DNA of 64,000 nt from a virus (IMGVR_UViG_3300015608_002132:32001-96000), one strand, 5' to 3'. Positions 1 through 7,735 are shown, counted from the first letter of the stretch. Program-made: numbers and translations. The notes: a model not told the origin generated them from the letters alone.

Positions 1-363
1 GATGCACATTGGCTTCGCTGTTGCAGCGACGGCGCTGTTGCTATGGTTGGCAAGTACAGCTTGCGCAAGCAAGCGTGCTGCACGTAAGCCAGCCGTACCG
101 TGAATCTCTCGCTTGCACCATCGATGGTTGTATTCGATCTGGCTATGAACCTCGTCGGCATGGGCCTGACAGTACACACCTCCGTCTTCGTCATGCGGGC
201 CTTTGATCTGGTGTGTGGCGCCTTCAGAACAGGTATACTCACCAGTCTCTTCATTATAGTTGTACGTACATTGGAGGAGATAACAGGTCTTGAGCACCTG
301 CTCGGCCAGTGCGCGCGGCTGGATGACGTCGTCAGTTGGTGGTGTTGATGATGATGTTGGCAT
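1..363 (-). CDS. hypothetical protein, runs off the left edge (Cys/His cluster, possible Zn binding)
   Basis: Manual translation from ATG 363 stays open to base 1 (MPTSSSTPPTDD...QCTYN...YTCSEG...VYCQAH). Absent from the ORF track because no stop lies in the window. Confidence 0.6.
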   Translation of the reverse strand, partial: MPTSSSTPPTDDVIQPRALAEQVLKTCYLLQCTYNYNEETGEYTCSEGATHQIKGPHDEDGGVYCQAHADEVHSQIEYNHRWCKREIHGTAGLRAARLLAQAVLANHSNSAVAATAKPMCI

Positions 364-384
364 TGGTTTTTATGTACCGTCCCT

Positions 385-867
385 CTATTGGCCAATACTA
401 ACTTCCGTTATCATATCACCAACGATTGGCCGAACGTAGTAGACGTCTACATCTCCGAGCAACAGGATCTTGATATACTCCGCGCGCTCTTTGATGGATT
501 GCGCTAATGGCTCACGACCGTTGATGTCACCATTCATGTTTTTAACGGCCTTAGCCACTTGCGCAACAGTATCATAACCCAGGTACATGAACGGCGTGCC
601 AGCATTCAGTAGTTTGTGATGGGGGAGCTGAATCAGATCGATGAAATACTCGCACTCGTTGCCTTTTGCTGTGCGGTAACGGCCTCGCGGCGTGTTGATC
701 TTGTAGAGCCCGCCAGGAACCATGAAAGCGTGGAGCCCATTAATGTCTGTACTCCAACGCGGGTCGGCGCCATGCACGCGGACGTGCTCTTGCGCAGACA
801 TGCTAGTGCTGTATGGGTGGGGTCCAACAATATATCGACGACCGTTGCTCATGCCCTCTTGTAGCAT
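385..867 (-). CDS. hypothetical protein
   Basis: 160-aa ORF packed co-directionally with its neighbours. Confidence 0.65.
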   Translation of the reverse strand: MLQEGMSNGRRYIVGPHPYSTSMSAQEHVRVHGADPRWSTDINGLHAFMVPGGLYKINTPRGRYRTAKGNECEYFIDLIQLPHHKLLNAGTPFMYLGYDTVAQVAKAVKNMNGDINGREPLAQSIKERAEYIKILLLGDVDVYYVRPIVGDMITEVSIGQ

Positions 868-882
868 GCCGTGATCTAGAAG

Positions 883-1260
883 TCAACCGCAGCGAACAAC
901 CTGAACTTTTGGCGTACGGCCGTTGTTTGGGTTTGTTACGGCGCCGATGGATATCCAACCATACAAGATGTCAGACGCGTCATCGGTGTTGGCGGTCATG
1001 ACTTTCAACCACATAAGTGGGCATTGGTCGTCGATATCATATTTCACGGCAACATCTAAAACCAGAAACTTTGTGCCAACATTGATCGCTGGCCACGATA
1101 GCCACGACTTTTCGCCCGGAAGGTCATCAAATCCTGGTGCGTCAATATCACTACACGTGAGTTTAATCAGCACTGATAGGTTTAGCGTGCACAGATGCCC
1201 TACGAGCGAAGCCAAGTGAGGCGGCACAACGTCATCGTCGCAATGATTGTCATCGACCAT
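883..1260 (-). CDS. hypothetical protein (small beta-barrel/SH3-like)
   Basis: ORF 883..1308, likely start MVDDNH at 1260; FLVLDV...WLKVMT...GWI pattern. Confidence 0.55.
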   Translation of the reverse strand: MVDDNHCDDDVVPPHLASLVGHLCTLNLSVLIKLTCSDIDAPGFDDLPGEKSWLSWPAINVGTKFLVLDVAVKYDIDDQCPLMWLKVMTANTDDASDILYGWISIGAVTNPNNGRTPKVQVVRCG

Positions 1261-1511
1261 ATGACCACCCAGCCATCTGTAATAACCTCCGCGTACGCTG
1301 GCACCCACCCAATGTCACCAAAGTCCGTTAATACTCTCATACACTCGCAGCCTGCACAGCAGCGAGTTTCCAGCACCAGCACCTTGGCGTTTGCCGCGAC
1401 TGATGGCAACTTACCAGAACTCAGTATGATACTAGCTCTGTCATTCAGAGCATATGTCTGCATGCGCAGCAGCTGCCCGACTTGCTTATGTGTGATTATC
1501 GCTGCTGTCAC
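1200..1511 (-). CDS. hypothetical protein (SH3-like)
   Basis: ORF 1200..1559 trimmed to GTG 1511 because its 5' part overlaps tRNA-Ser; VLVLET...MRVLTDFGDIGWV. Confidence 0.5.
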   Translation of the reverse strand: MTAAIITHKQVGQLLRMQTYALNDRASIILSSGKLPSVAANAKVLVLETRCCAGCECMRVLTDFGDIGWVPAYAEVITDGWVVIWSMTIIATMTLCRLTWLRS

Positions 1512-1532
1512 GTGATCGCTGCTTTGGCTGGG

Positions 1533-1622
1533 CGGAGGCGGCAGGAGTCGAACCTGCATGGCCGGGTCTTAACCGGCCCACTGTTTAGCAAACAGTTACC
1601 TTACCATTCGGAACACGCCTCC
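1533..1622 (-). tRNA. tRNA-Ser(GCT)
   Basis: Acceptor GGAGGCG/CGCCTCC, anticodon arm ACTGT-TTGCTAA-ACAGT, long variable arm, T loop TTCGACT, G73. Confidence 0.93.
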
Positions 1623-1626
1623 GAGG

Positions 1627-1684
1627 CTTCGACCGCAGGACTTGAACCTGCAACGGCGCCGCTCTACCATTGAGCTAGGTCGAA
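1627..1684 (-). ncRNA. tRNA-like RNA lacking the anticodon arm (58 nt)
   Basis: TTCGACC TA GCTC-AATGGTA-GAGC GGCGCCGTT GCAGG-TTCAAGT-CCTGC GGTCGAA G: perfect acceptor, D and T stems, with only 9 nt between D and T arms. Confidence 0.8.
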
Positions 1685-1801
1685 TTGGGTGGTGAGTTCA
1701 TGTTAACGGAACGAGCTCACCGAACTACCGGGAAGAATGACCTTTAGGCGCATCTCCTTCATCGCCCGCTCTTTGTTTACCCTCGGAACGGGACGAGGTT
1801 G

Positions 1802-1872
1802 CTCTGGGACTTGGATTTGAACCAAGATGACCTGAGTCAGAGTCAGGCATCCTACCATTGAATGATCCCAGA
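1802..1872 (-). tRNA. tRNA-Gln(CTG)
   Basis: Acceptor TCTGGGA/TCCCAGA, CCTGA-CTCTGAC-TCAGG, T arm CTTGG-TTCAAAT-CCAAG. Confidence 0.93.
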
Positions 1873-1946
1873 AACAGCGCAGCGGAAGCCGCGCTTAACA
1901 AAATATGTGCTTATGTGGGACAACCACCCCCTTTCACATTATTGTT

Positions 1947-2043
1947 TGGAGGAGAGTGTGAGATTCGAACTCACGGACGAGTGTTTTGCGCCCGCCTTCG
2001 GTTTTCAAAACCGACACCATAAACCTAACTCGGTCAACTCTCC
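1947..2043 (-). tRNA. tRNA-Ser(TGA)
   Basis: GGAGAGT/ACTCTCC, TCGGT-TTTGAAA-ACCGA, long variable arm, encoded CCA. Confidence 0.93.
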
Positions 2044-2099
2044 ATGTGTGCGTTATGGCTTGCTTACTTGACCGACCATACTATCTTCGGCCACGGGTG

Positions 2100-2495
2100 T
2101 CAAGGATAATAATTGTCGAGGTAGTACCGCATCCAAACCTCATATTCTGGCAACCACTGCTCCGGGCAGCCGGTGGCGCAAAACCCATGGGTTGATGCCC
2201 AAACCCACACAAAGGGGTTCCAACACCCACTGTCGTCAAGCAGCCCCATTGCTATCAGTCCATCGACTTCGTCGGCATCAAGATCACAGATATCAATCTG
2301 TCCTGTTGCCAGCTTGGCAATCAGATCACGGTCGACCGGCGACATATAGTCAAGCAACACAGCCAGGATGTGACCATATAGGCGAGCTGTTGTTCGGCAT
2401 GTCCGTGCAACAGAGCCAAGGTATTCCACATCGATTACCCGTTGCTTGAGCAAGTATATGGTAATCCGATCTAGGCAGTAGTTGTTGTCGGCCAT
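2100..2495 (-). CDS. hypothetical protein
   Basis: ORF 2100..2624 trimmed to MADNNY at 2495 because the upstream part is tRNA-Lys. Confidence 0.65.
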   Translation of the reverse strand: MADNNYCLDRITIYLLKQRVIDVEYLGSVARTCRTTARLYGHILAVLLDYMSPVDRDLIAKLATGQIDICDLDADEVDGLIAMGLLDDSGCWNPFVWVWASTHGFCATGCPEQWLPEYEVWMRYYLDNYYP

Positions 2496-2510
2496 GATAT
2501 GTGTTTGTTG

Positions 2511-2583
2511 TGGGTCCGGAGAGAATCGAACTCTCATTTCAGCAGGGTAAGAGCCTGGTGTGATACCATTATACCACGGACCC
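2511..2583 (-). tRNA. tRNA-Lys(CTT)
   Basis: GGGTCCG/CGGACCC, CAGG-CTCTTAC-CCTG, GAGAG-TTCGATT-CTCTC. Confidence 0.88.
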
Positions 2584-2591
2584 CATGGTCT

Positions 2592-2755
2592 GACGCATCT
2601 CCATGCGTCTTTGGTGTTTATCAACTATCTTGCCGGTCAAGAGAGCTATGAACGACCAACTTCACGCCCAGATGACCGGTTACGGTCGACAACACTGAGA
2701 CTGTGGCACTTACGCGCTAGAGTCTCCTGCAACCAGCGTCTCCGTCGGCTGCATC
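2592..2755 (-). ncRNA. candidate structured RNA/leader upstream of tRNA-Lys
   Basis: Four consecutive hairpins directly after a sigma70-type promoter, two capped by GNRA tetraloops (GAGA, GUAA). Confidence 0.5.
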
Positions 2756-2762
2756 GTAGAGG

Positions 2763-2791
2763 AGGATACGATGGCTCGTTGTGGTTGTCAA
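2763..2791 (-). promoter_or_regulatory. sigma70-type promoter
   Basis: TTGACA-N17-TATCCT. Confidence 0.7.
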
Positions 2792-2811
2792 GGGATTTGT
2801 TTTGTTGCCCG

Positions 2812-3144
2812 TCAATCAATCCACGTGATCTTGTTGCCGAGGCCGTCACACATCTTGCAGTTCGCAAGAACTGCACCAGTGCCTCGACACGCCTTGCATT
2901 CGGGGTCTGGGTTGTCCTCGCCACCACCACATGCTTTGCACCCGGTCCAGTGCCCAGGAACAACGCTTGGCCCACCAGCCAGATCACTTATGCACCAATT
3001 GCACTCCTCGACCGTAAACTTCCGCGGAGAAGGCAGATCACGTGGCATAACCGGATGTAGATTGCACCGGTCGCACGGCTTGTCTGACACCACACGCCGT
3101 ACGTGGAGTCCGGACGTACAAGAGCTGACAATGAAAAACATCAT
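2812..3144 (-). CDS. DnaJ-type cysteine-rich zinc finger protein
   Basis: CKACGGG, CKACRGTG, CKMCDGLG repeats plus further CxxC pairs. Confidence 0.7.
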   Translation of the reverse strand: MMFFIVSSCTSGLHVRRVVSDKPCDRCNLHPVMPRDLPSPRKFTVEECNWCISDLAGGPSVVPGHWTGCKACGGGEDNPDPECKACRGTGAVLANCKMCDGLGNKITWID

Positions 3145-3205
3145 TGTTTGACCCTAGCATGGCTAGCTGCCCAAAGTCAAGGGAGCAATAGTGCGACCTT
3201 GGTTG

Positions 3206-3649
3206 TTATTCAGCCACGGCGCTAGCGTTGTCTTGTGCGTGTTGGAGGTGTAGTCGGCGCAGCATTGCAATCTCTTCCTTTGCCTTCTGCCTCTTCTCCT
3301 TGCGATGTTTGGCCTTCAACTCCTGGGCTGCGTGGTAAGCTGCCCGCTCCTCTGTGCGCCGACGCTCAATCTCTTCTTCGGCGGCTATGATGTCTTTGCC
3401 TGCTTTGATCATAGCCGCCACGTCCTGTGGCTGTTTGATCTCCAGAACGGCAACCCACCGGTCATAGTATTTGGTTGACTCAGCATACCGCACCAGTGCA
3501 TTGTATTCGTCGTCGGTTACTTGCATACTACAGTGAGTCATAATGGCCGACAATGCCTTATGTGGCACAGAGCCATGGCTATATGAGTCGGTGCACTCGA
3601 CTACCAGCACGGTTCTTGTTGTTGGCTTGCTGTTATCTTCTGTTGGCAT
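3206..3649 (-). CDS. hypothetical protein with charged coiled-coil C-terminus
   Basis: 147-aa ORF; apparent paralog of the upstream gene. Confidence 0.7.
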   Translation of the reverse strand: MPTEDNSKPTTRTVLVVECTDSYSHGSVPHKALSAIMTHCSMQVTDDEYNALVRYAESTKYYDRWVAVLEIKQPQDVAAMIKAGKDIIAAEEEIERRRTEERAAYHAAQELKAKHRKEKRQKAKEEIAMLRRLHLQHAQDNASAVAE

Positions 3650-4067
3650 GTGTTTTACTTGCCGCTGTCTTGTTTTTCAAGATCTTCAATCTCACGGCGA
3701 AGTTTCTGAAGGCGCTTGGACTTTTTCTCCCGCTCAGCTTTGAGCCGTGCTTGTTGGAGCTTTTATCCAGCGCACGCTGGATTTCTAGGCACCGCATGCC
3801 ATCTTGCAGAAGTTGTTGAAACTCTTCTGTTTGCGGAGGGACCAGCACCAAAAGTCGAAGCGTGCTATCATTGTCACAAATCGCTTTAAGCCCAGCCAGC
3901 TGTTCGTCTGTGACAGTGTGCACTACTGTATCATCGCCTATGATTTTGGTTGGCAAGTATGTGCTAATTGTATCGTATTCACCGTCGATGTAATGTTTTT
4001 GTCCGCGGACTACAATAACCTTGTGCATTGTTTCTTGCTCAGGGTGGCTAGTCATATTGTTACTCAT
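3633..4067 (-). CDS. hypothetical protein, paralog of 3206..3649, probably frameshifted near 3761
   Basis: Start trimmed to 4067 (just after tRNA-Leu); the coiled-coil tail continues in another frame. Confidence 0.6.
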   Translation of the reverse strand: MSNNMTSHPEQETMHKVIVVRGQKHYIDGEYDTISTYLPTKIIGDDTVVHTVTDEQLAGLKAICDNDSTLRLLVLVPPQTEEFQQLLQDGMRCLEIQRALDKSSNKHGSKLSGRKSPSAFRNFAVRLKILKNKTAASKTHANRR

Positions 4068-4069
4068 AG

Positions 4070-4155
4070 TGCCCAGGGCGAGACTTGAACTCGCACGCGA
4101 CTCACGTCGCAAGAGGGTTTGAGCCTCTCGTGTCTGCCGATTCCACCACCAGGGC
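4070..4155 (-). tRNA. tRNA-Leu(CAA)
   Basis: GCCCTGG/CCTGGGC (one T-T mismatch), AGAGG-CTCAAAC-CCTCT, long variable arm. Confidence 0.92.
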
Positions 4156-4171
4156 TTGGGTGTATGTTCGT

Positions 4172-4200
4172 ACTGTACTTTATGGTTGCGTAAGTGTCAA
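4172..4200 (-). promoter_or_regulatory. sigma70-type promoter for tRNA-Leu
   Basis: TTGACA-N17-TACAGT. Confidence 0.7.
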
Positions 4201-4209
4201 GTGGTCTGG

Positions 4210-4686
4210 CTAAGACTTGGGTGGTTTGCTGGGGAGTGCCTTTTCCATCGAATATGCAATATCTTCGCTGCGCCTGATGACCTCGTAGACTGCTTGTGAC
4301 CATTGCTGGTCTGTTAGGCCAGCTGGTGCCTTCTCCATGTAGGACATTCTTGCCACTCTTTGAATCCATGAGGAAACGATATAGTACATTACCATTTCCG
4401 ATGGGGAGCGTTTGTCTTTTGAATGTGTTGTCCTGCTGCTTGGGCTATCTGTGGACATTCCAACATAAACCCTGGCGGCATATAGCTTGCAGCCTTGCGC
4501 GTGCCAGTTTCCATCGATGGGCTCATCAGTGTCCCACCAGCACTCGGAGCACTCTGGGCATTGAACAGTCTGATCACACGCCTCGTACGCGTACTGGAGC
4601 ACATGCTTGAGATGTTCCGTGAGCTTGGCGATATGTTTATCGGCGTCAATTGACTCGTTTGATAACGCTGCATCTGTGTTGTTCAT
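4210..4686 (-). CDS. hypothetical protein (CxxC...HxxxC)
   Basis: Start MNNTD at 4686 overlaps the upstream stop (ATGA). Confidence 0.6.
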   Translation of the reverse strand: MNNTDAALSNESIDADKHIAKLTEHLKHVLQYAYEACDQTVQCPECSECWWDTDEPIDGNWHAQGCKLYAARVYVGMSTDSPSSRTTHSKDKRSPSEMVMYYIVSSWIQRVARMSYMEKAPAGLTDQQWSQAVYEVIRRSEDIAYSMEKALPSKPPKS

Positions 4687-4910
4687 TGTTTTGTGCTTCT
4701 CACAAGGCTCCATACCCCTGTTATGATAGCCGCCGCCGAAGCCAATGCCAACGTCGCAACGCCAACAAAGTATATCTCGTTTATCAAGCCATACAGCCAG
4801 AGGTTTGCGCAAGTAATTGCAACCCCGGTCACCACAGCGCCGGTCGCAACCACTAGCGCCACAGCCAGCAAACAGCCTCTAGTAATCCTTGCCATGGCGT
4901 TGTTTTCCAC
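4683..4910 (-). CDS. small two-TM membrane protein
   Basis: Two long hydrophobic segments in 75 aa. Confidence 0.6.
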   Translation of the reverse strand: MENNAMARITRGCLLAVALVVATGAVVTGVAITCANLWLYGLINEIYFVGVATLALASAAAIITGVWSLVRSTKQ

Positions 4911-5598
4911 AAGGAAACGGCATGCGCATGTGTTCGAGCAGTGGTATCAGAGCTCTTGGTGTTGCGACAAGCGTGCATGACACGGTATATGGTGCGCCCG
5001 TAATGTTGAATCTCTCAGCCTGTTCAACACCGAAGTAAGTGCACGAGCAAACCTCCATCCACCCATACGCCTGGGTCATCACTTCGATGTCGGTCTTCTT
5101 GATGTGATATCCTGGGTCGTTTGTTGTGTCAACGTACCTAAGCTGCCCAACGTGTACACCAAGCAGTCCAAACACTTTGGTTGTGTTTGCTAAGCACTCG
5201 TCGAAGCTATATCTCGCTGCATCGTCGCTGGTAGCGAACACGAACTGCTCAATCTTCCGAAACTCAAGAAGACTCTTCCATCCGTCCAGCGTGTCTTCGT
5301 TTCTGAAACAACTGTTGTTTGCAAAATACCGGTATTGCTGTTCTGACGCGTCAAGCCGTGACCCCTCGAACAACTCCAAGATGCCTTGTTCGGCAGAACC
5401 GGCCAAAGCCAAGCTGTCGCTAATCTTGAACGTGTGTTCCCATGTCACGGCCGCTTGGCGCTCGATGGTTGAGCGTTTGACGAGTGAAGGGACCGACAAG
5501 TAAGTCCATCCACGTCCAAACAAGAAGTCTTCGCCGGTGCGTAAGACTCGGCGCTCAAGTTGAGCATATGCCGGGTCTCGTGGTTGAAATGTGGACAT
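4879..5598 (-). CDS. seryl-tRNA synthetase-like catalytic core lacking the N-terminal tRNA-binding arm
   Basis: Class II motifs: VPSLV (motif 1), GSAEQ (TxE loop), CFRNE...EFRKIEQF (motif 2), DIE, EVCSC, ATPRAL (motif 3); only 239 aa. Confidence 0.85.
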   Translation of the reverse strand: MSTFQPRDPAYAQLERRVLRTGEDFLFGRGWTYLSVPSLVKRSTIERQAAVTWEHTFKISDSLALAGSAEQGILELFEGSRLDASEQQYRYFANNSCFRNEDTLDGWKSLLEFRKIEQFVFATSDDAARYSFDECLANTTKVFGLLGVHVGQLRYVDTTNDPGYHIKKTDIEVMTQAYGWMEVCSCTYFGVEQAERFNITGAPYTVSCTLVATPRALIPLLEHMRMPFPCGKQRHGKDY

Positions 5599-5785
5599 GT
5601 GGTGTCAAGCCTCACGCTTTGGAATAACCGGACCAAGTACCATTGTGGGTGTTGCAACAGTCATCACCACCGATCGATCTGGCACTTCTAGTGAGCCGGG
5701 ACCGTCCGTGTTGCTATGACCGTTCGGTGGTGGTGTCCCGCCGCGAAGTAACCTCTGTTGCCGCTCCCCCAGAAGCGCGTCAGGA

Positions 5786-6149
5786 TCATCTGCGGCGCCG
5801 TTGTTTGGACGGGCGGCAGCAGTGTGCTGCTCGCGCCCAGCGCTCATTCAAACAGTGATCGAAGTATTCTAAAGCTAGCGATTTCCCATTTCCCGTTGGC
5901 GCCGACGCTTCTTCCTCCATTGCGACCTTAGAACGTAGCTGAGCAAACGCTACGAGATCATTGATCGACAGGCCATGGGCCATGCTTTGCCGCTACGCCA
6001 GCGCTGGCTCCAACAATATCTGCCAACTCGACAAGGAGCATGAGTGTCTGACCTTGCTGGATGGCATCCTCTGCCTCCTCAAGCTCCTCGCGTACCTTGG
6101 ATATCTCCCCGTAGACGCCGCGAGTAATGATGTTTTTGTGAAAGCCCAT
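5786..6149 (-). pseudogene. MazG-like/all-alpha NTP pyrophosphatase split by a 7-bp tandem duplication
   Basis: KVREELEEAEDA...VELADIVG motif; GGCCATG occurs twice at 5971-5984; removing one copy joins ...AKHG to LSINDLVAF. Confidence 0.7.
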
Positions 6150-6180
6150 GCGCGCATGGTATAGGCGCATGGACAGGAAG

Positions 6181-7437
6181 TCAAGCGCGCTTGCCGCCGA
6201 CCTTTTTGGCGCGCTTCTCTAGCTTGCCGAGAAGCGTTGATGTGACAAGGGCGACAATTTTGTCCTTGTCGCCATAGGTCCATGGTATCTGACGTGCCGA
6301 GTCGCTGTCGGCTTCCGTGCCACCGGCCTCATTATCGGCGCCGTTCTCGCCGTCATTGTTGTTTGCTGTCGCAGTTACGATTTCCTCGTCCGGGACGAAC
6401 TCGTACTGCTTCATGGTCTGGCCCATACCAGAACCGCCAAACGTTTTATTTGGCAAGTCTTTGTCGATGTCTTTGGGAAGGTACTTGACCTTCTTTTGTT
6501 GCTGTTGCTTCTTGGCGGTCATTGCTGCTTCCCTCAAATATCCGGTGCTGTTGCTGTAAATATCCACCGAATCCCCAGGCACGTGCTTGACAGGGTTTGC
6601 CAAGTTGCCCATGTGACCGACGTGAGTCGGTACGTCATCTGGTTCTTTCAATTTCTTTTTAACGTCTGTTTGTCCCCACTCTTTCTTGATCCAATTAACC
6701 GGCTTGACAATGTGGTTTGACACAAGATCACGGTTATCTTTGCCTCTGTTGCCTTGAGTGGTTTCCTTCCATCGGTTTTCGGTGCCTGCACGATCGTTGT
6801 TAAGTTTTAAGTCATTGCTGTCATCGAGTGACTTGTTGCGCGGGTCATCGATGTTCGTGTCTGTGTTATGACCGGAACTTAGTGAGAGATTGTGTTCATC
6901 ATCATACCTGCCAAAACCGAATGGCTTTCCCCTGTCGCCTTCTCTGGGCGACGGCAGGAGATTTGGGCTGACATATCTCTCCTCATCACCAGCGTCAACA
7001 TCACGGTCCTCGTCTTCTGGGACGTGATCCACTTTGTTAACCAAAGCGTTGTGGCGAGGGAGACCGGGAAGGTCGCGGTAGAGGATATCTGACGGCGCCC
7101 TCTCCTGAACATATGTGAAATAGGAGGGCTCACTCGTCTCGGTGTCGAGCAGCTCTTGGCGAATCTGATCTTCCAGCGGAAGTAGGTGCGGTTTGTCGTC
7201 AAACACACCTGGGGATTCCAGCGATCCGTACTGTTCGCGATCACTGTCTTGTTGGGCATCTATTGCCGGAAGTAGCGGGTCATCCTCGTCAGTTACGTCG
7301 GCCAGCCCTGGCCACATCTCTGAACTTGCCAACTGCTGTCTGCCACCAAACCCGTACGGGCCGCCATGGAATGTTCCAGCCCCAGAGAAGTCGCCCTTGT
7401 TTTCTTTGCGTACGCGCGCTCTACTTGAGAGTACCAC
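6181..7437 (-). CDS. acidic low-complexity protein, possibly internal head protein
   Basis: 418 aa, D/E/P/G-rich; TAGTTA lies 5 nt before the GTG start. Confidence 0.7.
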   Translation of the reverse strand: MVLSSRARVRKENKGDFSGAGTFHGGPYGFGGRQQLASSEMWPGLADVTDEDDPLLPAIDAQQDSDREQYGSLESPGVFDDKPHLLPLEDQIRQELLDTETSEPSYFTYVQERAPSDILYRDLPGLPRHNALVNKVDHVPEDEDRDVDAGDEERYVSPNLLPSPREGDRGKPFGFGRYDDEHNLSLSSGHNTDTNIDDPRNKSLDDSNDLKLNNDRAGTENRWKETTQGNRGKDNRDLVSNHIVKPVNWIKKEWGQTDVKKKLKEPDDVPTHVGHMGNLANPVKHVPGDSVDIYSNSTGYLREAAMTAKKQQQQKKVKYLPKDIDKDLPNKTFGGSGMGQTMKQYEFVPDEEIVTATANNNDGENGADNEAGGTEADSDSARQIPWTYGDKDKIVALVTSTLLGKLEKRAKKVGGKRA

Positions 7438-7445
7438 GCGGTTAA

Positions 7446-7730
7446 CTAGACAATTCGCTTGTTGGGCCTTGACTTGATCATGGAGTTGAAGTAGGAACCA
7501 GCCGAAGGTGCATTCACTAGAGCATCGTAGATGTCGCCGGTAATACCGGTATACTCGTACGTGCGGCCGTTCTTAAACGTCACTGTGAGCGTGTTCGTCA
7601 CCGTATCGTATGTCGTGGTTAGAATTGTTGATGAAGTTGTAAAGTCTGTGGTCTTTGTGCGCGGCCCACCGAGAAATGTCGTCATGTCCAGCTCCAGTTG
7701 CTTGTCCGGTTGCTTGTTTCCGTTAACCAT
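7446..7730 (-). CDS. KTSC domain protein
   Basis: SSTI...YD...LTVTFKNGRTYEY...YDALVNAPSAGSYFN. Confidence 0.92.
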   Translation of the reverse strand: MVNGNKQPDKQLELDMTTFLGGPRTKTTDFTTSSTILTTTYDTVTNTLTVTFKNGRTYEYTGITGDIYDALVNAPSAGSYFNSMIKSRPNKRIV

Positions 7731-7735
7731 GCCAT

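Noticed and set aside
1627-1684. Calling the armless element a canonical tmRNA or an intron-split tRNA
   Set aside because: No G3-U70 pair, no internal tag ORF, and both halves are contiguous with no intron.
2496-2624. N-terminal extensions of ORFs 2100..2624, 3633..4112 and 1200..1559
   Set aside because: They run through tRNA genes; downstream starts fit better.
5605-5847. 80-aa ORF between the MazG-like and SerRS-like genes as the missing tRNA-binding arm or a carrier protein
   Set aside because: Pro/Gly-rich, with no coiled-coil or phosphopantetheine (DSL) motif; its coding status is uncertain.
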